37,592 nucleotides of DNA from a virus: IMG/VR virus record IMGVR_UViG_3300045988_073962, positions 1-37,592 of that record; one strand, written 5' to 3'. Position 1 is the stretch's first letter. Every line of letters begins with the position of its first letter. Of the stretch, positions 8,466 through 18,359 are shown piece by piece. The position numbers were made by a program, and so were the translations under genes. A model generated the notes under the pieces. It did no database searches and was not told the origin of the DNA. It was given only the letters and a program-made list of their open reading frames with translations.

Positions 8466-9800
8466 ATGCCTATCGGTGGCGGAACTTTTACCGTTCAAAA
8501 CAAGATTCTTCCCGGCGCATACATCAACTTTGTGAGCCTGGGAAGCGTCGTGAAAATGGGGACGCGCGGGATCGCGGCCCTTCCCCTGGAACTGAACTGG
8601 GGGCCTGAAAACAAGGTCTTTTCCATGTATGCGGAAGACTTCAACAAAAGCGCCCTGAACGTGTTCGGCTATGACCCGACGGACCCCGCCGTCCTTCTGG
8701 TCCGCGAAGCCCTGAAACGCGCCAGGGCCGTTCTGATCTACCGTGTCAATTCCGGCGGCGACAAGGCCACGGCCACGGTCGGCGGAATGACCGTCACGGC
8801 CGCCTGGGGCGGAACGCGCGGAAACGACGTCGCTGTCGCCGTCCTGGCGAACGCTGACGACGCGACGAAGGTCGACGTCGTGACCTACCTTGACGGAATG
8901 GTCGTGGACACCCAGACCGTCGTCAAGGCCGAAGGGTCGGCCGGTCTGAAAGCGAATGACTTCGTGACCTTCGGGTCCGCTTCCGCCCTGGAAGTGGCCG
9001 TCGCGACGAAGCTGACCGGCGGCACGAACGGAACCGTCAACGGCGCCGCCCACACGGCCGCCCTGAACGGCTTCGAGGTCGAAACTTTCAGCGTGATCGG
9101 CTATCCCGGAACCGACAACACGATCAAGGTCCTGTATGCGGCCTTCGTGAAGCGCCTTCGTGACGACGAAGGGAAGAAGATCGTCGGCGTCCTGTACCAG
9201 TACGCCGGGGACAACATCGGCCTGATCAACGTCAAGAACGGCGTCGTCCTGTCCGACGGGACCACCGTGACCGGCGACAAGGCGGTCGCCTGGGTGGCCG
9301 GCGCTTCCGCTGGGGCGGAGATCAACGAAAGCCTGACGAATGACACCTACGACGACGCCGTGGACGTGGACATCAAATATACGAAGTCCCAGTTTGAAGC
9401 GGCGATCCAGGCCGGCGAGTTCGTCTTCTATGCGGACAACGGCGCGGCCCGTGTCCTGACCGACATCAACAGCCTGACCACCTTCGGGGGCGGCGTCACG
9501 GAAGACTGGACGTCGAACCGCGTGATCCGCGTCCTGGACGGCTGGGCGAACGACGTCGCCCGTATCTTCGGCGATTCCTACATCGGCCGCGTGACCAACA
9601 GCGACACCGGCCGTCAGCTTTTCAAGGCCGACCTTGTGTCCCTGGCCTTGCAGTATCAGGGGATCGACGCGATCAGCGACTTCAAGTCCGAAGACATCAT
9701 CATTCAGCAGGGCAACGGGAAACGCGACGTCGCCGTCGATTCCGCCCTGAAACCGAACGACAGTATGGAAAAGCTGTATATGACGACTGTCGTCAACTAA
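8466..9800 (+). CDS. Contractile tail sheath protein (XkdK-like)
   Basis: 444 aa. The N-terminus GGGTFTVQNKILPGAYINF matches the conserved sheath start (GTWTxQNKxRPGxYINF type). The tube gene follows. Confidence 0.9.
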   Translation: MPIGGGTFTVQNKILPGAYINFVSLGSVVKMGTRGIAALPLELNWGPENKVFSMYAEDFNKSALNVFGYDPTDPAVLLVREALKRARAVLIYRVNSGGDKATATVGGMTVTAAWGGTRGNDVAVAVLANADDATKVDVVTYLDGMVVDTQTVVKAEGSAGLKANDFVTFGSASALEVAVATKLTGGTNGTVNGAAHTAALNGFEVETFSVIGYPGTDNTIKVLYAAFVKRLRDDEGKKIVGVLYQYAGDNIGLINVKNGVVLSDGTTVTGDKAVAWVAGASAGAEINESLTNDTYDDAVDVDIKYTKSQFEAAIQAGEFVFYADNGAARVLTDINSLTTFGGGVTEDWTSNRVIRVLDGWANDVARIFGDSYIGRVTNSDTGRQLFKADLVSLALQYQGIDAISDFKSEDIIIQQGNGKRDVAVDSALKPNDSMEKLYMTTVVN

Positions 9801-9818
9801 CGGAAGGAGTGAACCAGA

Positions 9819-10277
9819 ATGAGAACCCTGAACGCGCCGGACACCATTTCCGGCAAGGAAGGCCGCGCCTATGCGAAGATCAACGGGAACAACGAAGACC
9901 TTTTCATGGCGAAGAACGTCGAATCCACCGTCGAGAAGGCGAAGTCCGAAGTCAAGGCGATCGGAAAGCGCATGACCGGCCACAAGACCACCGGGGGCAA
10001 CGGAACCGGGTCCATGACCCTTTACTACCTGACGCCCCTGTTCCGCGATATGATCAAACAGTGGAAGGAAACCGGCGTCGACATCTACTTCGACATGGTC
10101 GTCGAGAACGACGACCCCGAATCTTCCGCCGGGAAACAGTCGGTCCTTCTGATCGGGTGTAACCTGGATTCCACGATCCTGGCGAAGCTGGACGGCGACA
10201 GCGACGACCCCCTGGACGAAGACGTCGACTTCACCTTTGAGGACTTCGACATCTTGACCCCCTTCACCAAGTTCTAA
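9819..10277 (+). CDS. Tail tube protein (XkdM-like)
   Basis: 152 aa, directly after the sheath gene. The pattern ISGKEGRAY...GHKTTGGNGTGSMTLYY is typical of XkdM-type tube proteins. Confidence 0.85.
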   Translation: MRTLNAPDTISGKEGRAYAKINGNNEDLFMAKNVESTVEKAKSEVKAIGKRMTGHKTTGGNGTGSMTLYYLTPLFRDMIKQWKETGVDIYFDMVVENDDPESSAGKQSVLLIGCNLDSTILAKLDGDSDDPLDEDVDFTFEDFDILTPFTKF

Positions 10278-10298
10278 ACAGAAAGCGAGGAAACCAAA

Positions 10299-10706
10299 AT
10301 GGGAAAACTGCAAGATTTTTTTATGGAACAGGACGTCGCGGCCCAGGCCCAGGTCGAAGTCACGATCGCGCCCTTTCCCTTCCCCTTCGTGGTGAAGTCT
10401 ATCACCGAAGCGGAGAATAAGGCAATCCGGAAGACCTGTCAGAAGATCAGCTTCGACAAGAAGACCCGCCAGAAGCAGATCGAAACCGACACCGACCTTT
10501 ACAACAGCCGCCTTGTGGTGGCCTGTTGCGCCGAACCCAACTTCAAGGACGCCGCCCTTCAGGAGAAATACGGCGTCCGTGGAGCCGAAGACCTGATCGA
10601 CCGCCTTTTGAAGCCCGGCCAGTACACCGACCTTCTGATCGCGGTCCAGGAGATCAACGGCTTCGCCGACGACGTGAACGATCTGAGGGACGAAGCAAAA
10701 AACTAA
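10299..10706 (+). CDS. Tail assembly chaperone (XkdN-like, short form)
   Basis: 135 aa between the tube and tape measure genes. It ends at a slippery heptamer. Confidence 0.8.
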   Translation: MGKLQDFFMEQDVAAQAQVEVTIAPFPFPFVVKSITEAENKAIRKTCQKISFDKKTRQKQIETDTDLYNSRLVVACCAEPNFKDAALQEKYGVRGAEDLIDRLLKPGQYTDLLIAVQEINGFADDVNDLRDEAKN

Positions 10707-10915
10707 TCACGGGGGGCGGAAATGACGCGGACGCCGACGGCGAATCGGTCTACGCCCATTACGCCCTCCATCGGCTGAAAATCCTTCCGGGACAACTTCT
10801 GGCCCTTCCCAGACGGGAAAGGGCCTTCATTTATGCTTCCATTGACCTTCAAATAGAGAAGGAGAAAAAGGAAGCGAAGAAGGCCGGCCGCCGGAAGGGT
10901 AAGAAAGGCAGGTGA
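10299..10915 (+). CDS. Tail assembly chaperone, -1 frameshift-extended form (gpGT analogue)
   Basis: The -1 frame is open from the slippery site to 10915 (..KKLITGGGNDADADGESVYAHYALHRL...), ending 4 nt before the tape measure start. This is the conserved arrangement in tailed phages. Confidence 0.7.
10697..10703 (+). promoter_or_regulatory. Programmed -1 ribosomal frameshift slippery heptamer A_AAA_AAC
   Basis: In the zero frame the sequence reads gcA AAA AAC taa, a canonical X_XXY_YYZ site immediately before the stop of the chaperone ORF. Confidence 0.7.
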
Positions 10916-10919
10916 TAAC

Positions 10920-12833
10920 GTGGCCGGAGTAAATACACAATTCACGATCCAGGACCGCATGACGTCCCGCCTGAACACCATGATCAACGCTTCGGAGCGC
11001 CTGAACCGGTCCCTGGACGCCACGGACGCCCTGACCGAAACCGTCGATCCGGGGGCGCCCTTTGAGAGAAGCGCGGCCCCGATCGCGGCGGCCGGCCGTC
11101 AGGTCGACAACTTCAACGAACGCCAGGAACGCGCCGAACAGGGCGCGAACCGGGTGAAAAGTGTCTGGTCCAAAATGGGCGGCCTGATCCGAACCGCTAT
11201 GGCGGCGTTCAGCGCGAAGAAGATCGTGGAACTTGCGGACAGCATGACCACCACCCGCGCCCGTCTGGACCTGATGAACGACGGCCTTCAAACGACGGCC
11301 GAACTTCAAGATATGATCATGGCGTCCGCGAACCGGTCGCGCGCTTCCTACCAGGCCACGGCCGACGCCGTTTCCAAAATGGGAATTATGGCGAAGGACG
11401 CCTTCAACAGCAACGAAGAACTGATCGCCTTTTCCGAATTGATCAACAAACAGTTCACGATCGCCGGCACGTCGGCCGCCGGAATCGACGCGGCCATGTT
11501 GCAACTGACACAGGCCATGTCGTCCGGCGTCCTTCGTGGTGAGGAATTGAACAGCGTCTTTGAACAGGCGCCGACCATTATCCAGACGATCGCCGACTAC
11601 CTGGGGGTCCCTATCGGGAAAATCCGTGAAATGGCCGCCGAAGGCCAGATCACGTCGACGATCGTGAAAAATGCCATGCTGGCGTCGGCGGACGAAATCA
11701 ACGCGAAGTTTGAACAAATGCCCATGACCTTTTCCCAGGTCTGGACGATCGCGAAGAACGTGATTCTGGAAGCCTTCACCCCTGTCCTGACCATGATCGG
11801 CCAGGGCGCACAGTGGATTTACGACAACTGGTCCACGATCGCCCCGATCTTCTGGGGCCTGGCGGCCGCTGTCCTGGGCTATGCCCTGGCCCTGGGAATC
11901 CAGACGGCCGCGACATGGATCGCGACCGGCGCCGCCCAGGCGTTCTTCACGACGCTTCTGACGAACCCCCTGTTCTGGATCGCCCTGGCGATCGGCGTCG
12001 TCGTGGCCGCTATTTACAAATGGGTCCAGTCCGTCGGCGGGATTAAAGTCGCCTGGCTGATTGCCTGTAACGCGATCCTGACGGCCTGGTCCTGGGTGAA
12101 AACCGGTTTTATGACTGGTGTTTACTGGGTGATGAACCTATTCAACCGGTTACAACTGACTTTCGCCACGGTCAGCATGAATATTCAGAACTTTTGTGGC
12201 GACATGAAGGCCGGCGTCCTGATGATCCTGCAAAACATGGTCAACGGGGCAATCGACATTATAAACGGCTTCATTGGCGCCCTGAACAAAATCCCCGGCG
12301 TGAACATCGGCCTGATCGAACAGGTCACTTTCGGGACTACGGCACAGCTTGAAAACGAAGCCGCAAAACAGGCCAGAGCCGCCGACCTTGCGGCCTATCA
12401 GGAACAGATCAATCAGCAGATCGCAGACCGGGACGCGGCCCTGGATTCCATGAAGGCCCAGGCGCGCGCGGAAACGGCACAGCGGGAAGCAGAGATCGCC
12501 GCCGCCAGGGCCGAATCGGCCGCCGCCGGGAGCCAAAGCACCGAACCGGACTGGGCGGCCTATGCTACCGGCGCCCCCGGCGACATTGGAAACGTGGACC
12601 ACGTCGGTTCCGTCGGTTCCGTGGACGAAGACGTCAACATAGCCGAAGAAGACTTGAAGTTCCTTCGGGACGTCGCCGAAATGCGCTATGTCCAGAACTT
12701 CGTGACCCTGACCCCGACCGTGGCCGTGGACGCGAAGATCAGTGAGAAGGTGGACGTCGACGAAGTCGTCGGCCGGATCGAAGCGAAACTTGAAGATGAA
12801 TTTGCCGCGGCCGCCGAGGGGGTGTACGCATGA
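10920..12833 (+). CDS. Tail tape measure protein
   Basis: 637 aa. It carries the TP901-type core LQLTQAMSSGVLRGEELNSVFEQAPTIIQTIADYLGV, hydrophobic central helices, and the expected position. Confidence 0.9.
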   Translation: MAGVNTQFTIQDRMTSRLNTMINASERLNRSLDATDALTETVDPGAPFERSAAPIAAAGRQVDNFNERQERAEQGANRVKSVWSKMGGLIRTAMAAFSAKKIVELADSMTTTRARLDLMNDGLQTTAELQDMIMASANRSRASYQATADAVSKMGIMAKDAFNSNEELIAFSELINKQFTIAGTSAAGIDAAMLQLTQAMSSGVLRGEELNSVFEQAPTIIQTIADYLGVPIGKIREMAAEGQITSTIVKNAMLASADEINAKFEQMPMTFSQVWTIAKNVILEAFTPVLTMIGQGAQWIYDNWSTIAPIFWGLAAAVLGYALALGIQTAATWIATGAAQAFFTTLLTNPLFWIALAIGVVVAAIYKWVQSVGGIKVAWLIACNAILTAWSWVKTGFMTGVYWVMNLFNRLQLTFATVSMNIQNFCGDMKAGVLMILQNMVNGAIDIINGFIGALNKIPGVNIGLIEQVTFGTTAQLENEAAKQARAADLAAYQEQINQQIADRDAALDSMKAQARAETAQREAEIAAARAESAAAGSQSTEPDWAAYATGAPGDIGNVDHVGSVGSVDEDVNIAEEDLKFLRDVAEMRYVQNFVTLTPTVAVDAKISEKVDVDEVVGRIEAKLEDEFAAAAEGVYA

Positions 12834-13489
12834 CGAACTATGGAATGGCCTTGATCATAGAGGGACGGGAAGTCAGTCTTCCCGTCCTTCCCGCTAAATT
12901 GAAGGTAACGTCGCCCGGCAAGAACGAAACAACGACCGTTCTTGAACTGGGCGAAATCCTTCGCCTTCGGAAGAAGGGACTTCGGACTGTGGCCTGGGAC
13001 TGTTTCTTCCCGGTCCATGACGCCCCCTATGTGACGGGGCAGATCAGGGACCCGGTCGAGATCGTCCAGGCCATTCAGGCCGCGCGGGACACCCTGACAC
13101 CGATCCGCCTTCTGATCACAGGAACGGACCTGGACATCAACGTCCGAATGGGGATCGAAACCTTCGACTATGAAGAACGGTCCGGCGAACTGGGCGACCT
13201 TTACTATTCGATCAAGCTGTCGGAATGGAAGGACTATTCCCCCCGGAAGATCGTCCTTCCGCCGGAGCCGAAGAAGCCGGCAAAGGCGAAGGAACCTGAA
13301 CGGACCGGGAAGCCGAAGGCCGCCGCGAAGAAGACCTACACTGTGAAGCCTGGGGACTGTCTGTGGAATATCGCGAAGAAGTTCTATGGCAAGGGAAGCG
13401 ACTACACAAAAATCTATAACGCGAATAAGGGGACGATCGGGTCGAACCCGAATCTGATCTACGCGGGACAGGTTTTGACGATCCCATGA
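12830..13489 (+). CDS. LysM-domain tail protein (XkdP-like)
   Basis: C-terminal LysM motif YTVKPGDCLWNIAKKFYGKGSDYTKIYNANKGTIGSNPNLIYAGQVLTIP. ATGA overlap with the tape measure gene. Confidence 0.85.
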   Translation: MTNYGMALIIEGREVSLPVLPAKLKVTSPGKNETTTVLELGEILRLRKKGLRTVAWDCFFPVHDAPYVTGQIRDPVEIVQAIQAARDTLTPIRLLITGTDLDINVRMGIETFDYEERSGELGDLYYSIKLSEWKDYSPRKIVLPPEPKKPAKAKEPERTGKPKAAAKKTYTVKPGDCLWNIAKKFYGKGSDYTKIYNANKGTIGSNPNLIYAGQVLTIP

Positions 13490-14442
13490 GCATTTCTATT
13501 TTGTACCAGAACAACGAAAGCGGCGCCGCCTTCGACGTGACCACGTTGACGTCCGCCGCGAAGTGGTCGACGAAACGGTCCGGTTCCCCCGCTTCCCTGG
13601 AACTGACCGTCGTCGCCGACGATTCCGTGGTATGGACCCACGGCGGGATCGTCGCCCTGAAAAATGGGTCCACCGGCCTTTTCTATGGCTACGTCGTGAA
13701 GATCAGCTATGACGAAAAGGACCAGGTCAAGGTCACGGCCTACGACCAGACCTGGCATTTGAAGAAGAACAAGGAAACCTATGTTTTCAACGGCAAGCGC
13801 GCCGACCAGATTCTAACCCAGATCGCCGCCGACTTCGGTCTGAAATGCGGCGCCCTGGAAAATACCGGCTACGCGATCCCGTCCATGATCGAGGACGGCC
13901 AGACCCTTTTCGACATCGTATTGAAGGCCCTTGACCACACCCTGATCAACACAGGGAAAATGTTCGTTCTGTGGGACGACTTCGGGTCCCTTCGGATCAC
14001 CGACGTCGCAAAGTCGAAGCTGGACCTGTTCGTCGGCGATTCCAGCCTGGCGACGGGCTACACCTACGAATCGGACATCGACGCCGAAGCCTACAACAAA
14101 ATCAAACTGGTGAAGGACAACAAGTCCACCGGGAAACGGGACGTCTACATCTTCCAGGATTCAAAGAATATGAAGCTGTGGGGCGTCCTTCAAGACTATG
14201 AAGTCGTCGACGAAAGCATGAACGAAGCCCAGATCAAGGAACGCGGCGGTCAAATGCTGGCCCTTTATAACCGGCCGAAGAAGTCGTTTGAAGTGAAGGC
14301 GATCATGGACCTGTCGGTCCGCGCCGGCCGCGCCCTGTATATCGGGATCAAGAAAATCGGCGTCAGCGCCTTCTTCATCGTCGAGGAATCCAGCGTTGAT
14401 TTGTTGAAGGAAACTATGACCCTAAAGTTAAAGGTGGTGTGA
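13486..14442 (+). CDS. Baseplate hub / late-control-D-like tail protein (XkdQ-like)
   Basis: 318 aa, in the syntenic position after the LysM protein in PBSX-like tail modules. Confidence 0.7.
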   Translation: MSISILYQNNESGAAFDVTTLTSAAKWSTKRSGSPASLELTVVADDSVVWTHGGIVALKNGSTGLFYGYVVKISYDEKDQVKVTAYDQTWHLKKNKETYVFNGKRADQILTQIAADFGLKCGALENTGYAIPSMIEDGQTLFDIVLKALDHTLINTGKMFVLWDDFGSLRITDVAKSKLDLFVGDSSLATGYTYESDIDAEAYNKIKLVKDNKSTGKRDVYIFQDSKNMKLWGVLQDYEVVDESMNEAQIKERGGQMLALYNRPKKSFEVKAIMDLSVRAGRALYIGIKKIGVSAFFIVEESSVDLLKETMTLKLKVV

Positions 14443-14443
14443 T

Positions 14444-14848
14444 ATGAGCCTATTGGACACTATGAAACAGGTCGCCGGGCAGACGCAGAACGCGAACGCC
14501 CCGGCGGCCTTTATGTTTGGCACAGTGACGAAGAAGTCGCCGCTGACGATCCGCGTCGACAACCGGTTCGACATTTCCGGGGACGCGATCGTCCTGATGA
14601 AAGAGTTCAAGGCCGGCGCCTATCCGACCCACACCCACACGATCGACCCCCATGACCACGTCGTCCCTTCCCATTCGACCCAGGCCGCCGGCGAAGGGCC
14701 GCACACCCACGGCGTCAGCGCGTTCAATACGCAGACGACCGGCCTGACGACGAACCCGGAAGTTTACTTCGGTTTGGCAGAGGGCGACCGGGTGGTCCTT
14801 CTTCGGAATCAGGGCGGACAGTCGTTCCTTGTGCTGGGAAGGGTGTGA
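14444..14848 (+). CDS. Baseplate spike/assembly protein (XkdR-like, DUF2577-type)
   Basis: 134 aa. The segment FGTVTKKSPLTIRVDNRFDISGDAIVL plus a His-rich HTHTIDPHDH stretch resembles XkdR-family proteins. Confidence 0.65.
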   Translation: MSLLDTMKQVAGQTQNANAPAAFMFGTVTKKSPLTIRVDNRFDISGDAIVLMKEFKAGAYPTHTHTIDPHDHVVPSHSTQAAGEGPHTHGVSAFNTQTTGLTTNPEVYFGLAEGDRVVLLRNQGGQSFLVLGRV

Positions 14849-14852
14849 TCTT

Positions 14853-15281
14853 ATGGCCTTGATACCGACACAGGACACGGTCACGATCGGCCAGGACGTC
14901 GAGATCGTCCAGCCGGCCGACCAGACCACAAGAACCTACAAACTGGACATCGAAGCCGGCCGCGTGGCCGGCTTTGTTGACGAAACGGAAGCCATGAAAC
15001 AGGCGATCCTGAAAATCCTTCTGACGGAGCGGTTCGACTACCTGATCTATTCCTGGAACTATGGAATCGAACTGAACGACATCGTCGGGAAAAGTTTTCA
15101 AGTGCTATCAAGTGAAATCAAACGTTTGATCCGCGAAGCCCTTCTGGCGGACAGCCGGATCACGGACGTCACCGACTTCACCGTGGAGCAGATCGACAAA
15201 AGGACCGTTCACGTCAGCTTCACCGCCGAAACGATCTTCGGCGAAATCCCTGTTGAAAGGACGGTGACAACTGGTGTTTGA
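14853..15281 (+). CDS. Baseplate wedge protein (XkdS / gp25-like, DUF2634-type)
   Basis: ATG 14853 follows GGGAAGGGTG. The motif TYKLD...VDETEAMKQAILKILLTERFDYLIYSWNYG is typical of the family. Confidence 0.7.
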   Translation: MALIPTQDTVTIGQDVEIVQPADQTTRTYKLDIEAGRVAGFVDETEAMKQAILKILLTERFDYLIYSWNYGIELNDIVGKSFQVLSSEIKRLIREALLADSRITDVTDFTVEQIDKRTVHVSFTAETIFGEIPVERTVTTGV

Positions 15282-16353
15282 AAATATGACCTTTGAAAAC
15301 ATTATGGACCGCTGTCTGGCCCGTGTGTCTTCTTCCGTGGATAAACGGGAAGGGTCGATCGTCTATGACGCGATCGCCCCGGCGGCGGCCGAACTGGCAA
15401 TCCTTTACATTGAACTTGCCTATCTTATGGATCGGGCCTTCCCTGACACCGAAACCGGCGAAGACCTGACGAAGAAGTGTCAGGAACGAAGCGTCTTCCG
15501 GAACGGCGCGAAGTCCGCGATCCGGAAGGGCTACTTCGAGAAGGAAGACGGGTCCGCCTGTGAAGTGGAGATCGGGACCCGCTTTTCCGGCGGCGACATC
15601 AACTTCACCGTGATCGAGCGGGTGGCCGCCGGCCAGTACAGACTGACGTCCGAAACAGCCGGCGCCGTCGGGAACGAATATGTCGGGGGCCTTTTCCCGA
15701 TCGACTACGTTCCGGACCTGGCGGCGGCGCGCCTGGCCGACATCTTGATCCCAGGCGAAGACGAAGAAAGCGACGACAGCCTTCGGGCGCGCTATTTTGC
15801 GTCCCTTATGTCCCAGGCGTTCGGCGGGAATATCGCCGACTATAAGGACAAGGTCGAACAGCTTCAAGGCGTCGGCGCCGTGAAGGTGTCCCCTGTCTGG
15901 AATGGCGGCGGGACCGTAAAGGTCGTGGTCGTGGACAGCGAATGGGGCGTCCCTTCGCCCGACCTGGTCCAGAGCGTCCAGGAAGCGGTCGACCCTGTCG
16001 GGACCCAGGGGACCGGCGTCGGCCTGGCCCCGATCGGCCACGTCGTCACCGTCGCCGGCGTCCAGGGGACGACGATCAACGTGTCTTTCAGTCTGACCTT
16101 CGACACCGGCGCGTCCTGGGCCAGCGTTCAGACCGCCGTGAAGGCGGCGATCCAGTCCTACTTCGACGAACTGATCCACACCTGGGCCGACACGGACAGT
16201 CTGATCGTCCGCGTCAGTCAGATCGAAACGAAGGTCCTGAACGTGGCCGGCGTCATTGACATCACCGGAACGAAGATCAACGGGCAGACCGCGAATATTT
16301 CCCTGGACGCTGACGCGATCCCGGTCCTGGGGGTGGTCACGAATGGAGCTTAA
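15274..16353 (+). CDS. Baseplate J-like protein (XkdT-like)
   Basis: 359 aa. The N-terminal region EGSIVYDAIAPAAAELAILYIELAYLMDRAFPDT is typical of baseplate J family proteins. Confidence 0.85.
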   Translation: MFENMTFENIMDRCLARVSSSVDKREGSIVYDAIAPAAAELAILYIELAYLMDRAFPDTETGEDLTKKCQERSVFRNGAKSAIRKGYFEKEDGSACEVEIGTRFSGGDINFTVIERVAAGQYRLTSETAGAVGNEYVGGLFPIDYVPDLAAARLADILIPGEDEESDDSLRARYFASLMSQAFGGNIADYKDKVEQLQGVGAVKVSPVWNGGGTVKVVVVDSEWGVPSPDLVQSVQEAVDPVGTQGTGVGLAPIGHVVTVAGVQGTTINVSFSLTFDTGASWASVQTAVKAAIQSYFDELIHTWADTDSLIVRVSQIETKVLNVAGVIDITGTKINGQTANISLDADAIPVLGVVTNGA

Positions 16354-16891
16354 AGCATACTGGCCGCGATTCCTTCAAGACGTGGTCGAGTTCGACCAGA
16401 TCGCCGGAGCCGAACAACCGGAGTTCCAGAAGGCCGCCCAGGACGTCAGGAACGCCGCTGACGACTTTTTCCTGGTGAGCCTGTCCGAATATGGGTGTTC
16501 CCGCTGGGAAGCCATTCTGGGCCTTTCTGTGGCCCCTGGGGACACCCTGGACGAACGGCGCGAAAGAATCCGGATCAAATACCTTGACCGGCTTCCCTAC
16601 ACATACAGGGCGCTTCTGAACTATCTGGCGACCGTCAGCAAAGACTTCACGGTCCGCCTGGATAACGACGCCTATGAACTTTTTGTCCGAATCACTTTGA
16701 GCGGCTACACACAGCGCGACGCGCTGATCGCCGTCCTGAAACAGATGATTCCGGCGAACCTGGTCCTTCTGACCCAAACCGCGATCCCCCAGGACGTCGC
16801 CCGGCCGGCTTGCGTCGCGGGCGCGGCGGCGGTCAGCCTGGTCAGGCATGAACACCAACCAGAAGGAGGAAACCCGAATGGCACGATTTAA
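16343..16891 (+). CDS. Tail protein (XkdU / DUF2313-like)
   Basis: ATG 16343 overlaps the end of the baseplate J gene. Assigned by synteny and the motif YGCSRWEAILGL...DTLDERRERI. Confidence 0.7.
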   Translation: MELKAYWPRFLQDVVEFDQIAGAEQPEFQKAAQDVRNAADDFFLVSLSEYGCSRWEAILGLSVAPGDTLDERRERIRIKYLDRLPYTYRALLNYLATVSKDFTVRLDNDAYELFVRITLSGYTQRDALIAVLKQMIPANLVLLTQTAIPQDVARPACVAGAAAVSLVRHEHQPEGGNPNGTI

Positions 16892-17642
16892 GTCAACGAT
16901 CACCGACAGGGGCGCCGAAGTGCTGACCCGCTTCCTGGCGCAAGGCCGCCAGATCACCCTGATCCGCGCCGCCGTGGGCGACGGCGTGGCGGAAGTCAGC
17001 CCGAACACCCTGTCCGACCTGGTGAACCCCGTCCCGCTGGACGCCCAGATCGGCGAAAAGACCTTCATCGAAGGCGACGTGTCCTATATGAAAATCCCCG
17101 TCCAGGTGACGAACGCCGGCCTGGAAGTGGCCCAGTACGTCCGCGAGGTCGCGACGTATGCCCTGGACGAAAACGGCGCGGCCTTCATGTTCACCTATTC
17201 CTGGATCGACGGCCCGGACAGCGACAACATTCTTCCGGCCTGTTCCTTCCTGGACACCCCGTCAATGGCGGACGAAGGCGACACCGTCCACGTCCACGAC
17301 GTCGCCGTGGTGGTTACGAATCAGGAAAACAGCGCCGTCGCGGTCCAGGTGACGGCGGGGTCCTATGTGACCCGCGCGCAAATGACCGCCTACGCGGCGC
17401 CGCTTCTCCACACACACGCCGCTTCGGACGTGAACGAGAGCAACGGCGACAGCGTCGAAACAGTCCAGCGCCGCCAGGACTACGATATTTCCGCGATCAA
17501 GGAACAACTGGACACCGGCTTCACGGGGACCACCGTGACCCACACCTTCGCGCCGGCGCAACTGGACCAGTGGAAAGGATACAACGGTACTGGACTTCCC
17601 GAAGGGATTCTGGACCCCGCCGCGAACCGGCTTTATTTATGA
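16878..17642 (+). CDS. Tail fibre protein (P2 gpH-like N-terminal domain)
   Basis: ATG 16878 follows GAAGGAGGAAA. The N-terminus ITDRGAEVLTRFLAQGRQITLIRAAVGDG matches the conserved tail-fibre N-terminal (DUF3751-type) pattern. Confidence 0.75.
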   Translation: MARFKSTITDRGAEVLTRFLAQGRQITLIRAAVGDGVAEVSPNTLSDLVNPVPLDAQIGEKTFIEGDVSYMKIPVQVTNAGLEVAQYVREVATYALDENGAAFMFTYSWIDGPDSDNILPACSFLDTPSMADEGDTVHVHDVAVVVTNQENSAVAVQVTAGSYVTRAQMTAYAAPLLHTHAASDVNESNGDSVETVQRRQDYDISAIKEQLDTGFTGTTVTHTFAPAQLDQWKGYNGTGLPEGILDPAANRLYL

Positions 17643-17902
17643 TCCCGTTCGCCTGTACGCCGTCGGAAACGTCGTGCCTGTTATCTAACCTATTCACCGA
17701 ACTTCGGCCCGTGTGCGGCCGCTGTGAGGGCGACAGCGTCGTTCTGTGCGGCCTGACCTATGAAGGGGAGGAACAGACCGTCGTCCTTCGGGACTACGGC
17801 TTCGACTATTCCGGCCGGCGCGAAACCGTTGACCTGATCAGAAAGCGAAGGTGTATCTATGGGAACAAGGCGCAATTTCCAGCGCAAAACGAACGGGACT
17901 GA
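17639..17902 (+). CDS. Hypothetical small Cys-containing protein (possible fibre-associated ORF)
   Basis: ATGA overlap with the tail fibre stop. It overlaps the avd start by 44 nt and has no recognisable motif. Confidence 0.3.
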   Translation: MIPFACTPSETSCLLSNLFTELRPVCGRCEGDSVVLCGLTYEGEEQTVVLRDYGFDYSGRRETVDLIRKRRCIYGNKAQFPAQNERD

Positions 17903-18335
17903 AAGTCCGCTTCACGTCCTTCCTGTGGCGTCGAAGCTGATCGACTACACCCTGGAACTGACCGACAACACGAAGCACTTCCCGAAGAAGGTCCGCTTCT
18001 CTATCGTGAACAGGATTCAGGACCGTGTTCTGGCGATCCGCGACGACCTGGTGGACGCGAACGAAATCTTCCCGATCCTGGACGAACAGGACAAGATCGA
18101 CCGGCTGAAACTTCAACGCCGCGCGCTGACAGGGTGCAAGAAACTTTTGTATCTGATCGAACTGTCGAAGAAGCGCGGCTACATCGACACGGGGACCTTC
18201 GACTATTGGACGAAGCTGACCCTGGACGTCAAGTTTATGACCGCCGCCTGGTATAAGGCCGAAACGGAGCCGAAGGAGCCGACCGAAAAGGCCGACGCCG
18301 AAGCCCCGGAGCCGGCCGCGCCGGCGGAAGGTTAA
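17859..18335 (+). CDS. avd: DGR accessory variability determinant (Avd, four-helix-bundle protein)
   Basis: 158 aa, basic and helical. The pattern ASKLIDYTLELTDNTKHFPKKVRFSIVNRIQDRVLAIRDDLVDAN resembles Avd/23S-IVS-family proteins. It lies immediately upstream of the TR and RT. Confidence 0.85.
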   Translation: MGTRRNFQRKTNGTESPLHVLPVASKLIDYTLELTDNTKHFPKKVRFSIVNRIQDRVLAIRDDLVDANEIFPILDEQDKIDRLKLQRRALTGCKKLLYLIELSKKRGYIDTGTFDYWTKLTLDVKFMTAAWYKAETEPKEPTEKADAEAPEPAAPAEG

Positions 18336-18359
18336 TTGAATATTAGGGTACGGCCTGAC

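Noticed and set aside
7842-10313. 823-aa minus-strand ORF spanning the neck, sheath and tube region
   Set aside because: It lies antisense to genes with clear homology signatures (sheath, tube). It has low-complexity Gly/Arg/Val/Asp-rich composition and no RBS. Long stop-free antisense frames are expected in GC-rich DNA with strong third-position bias.
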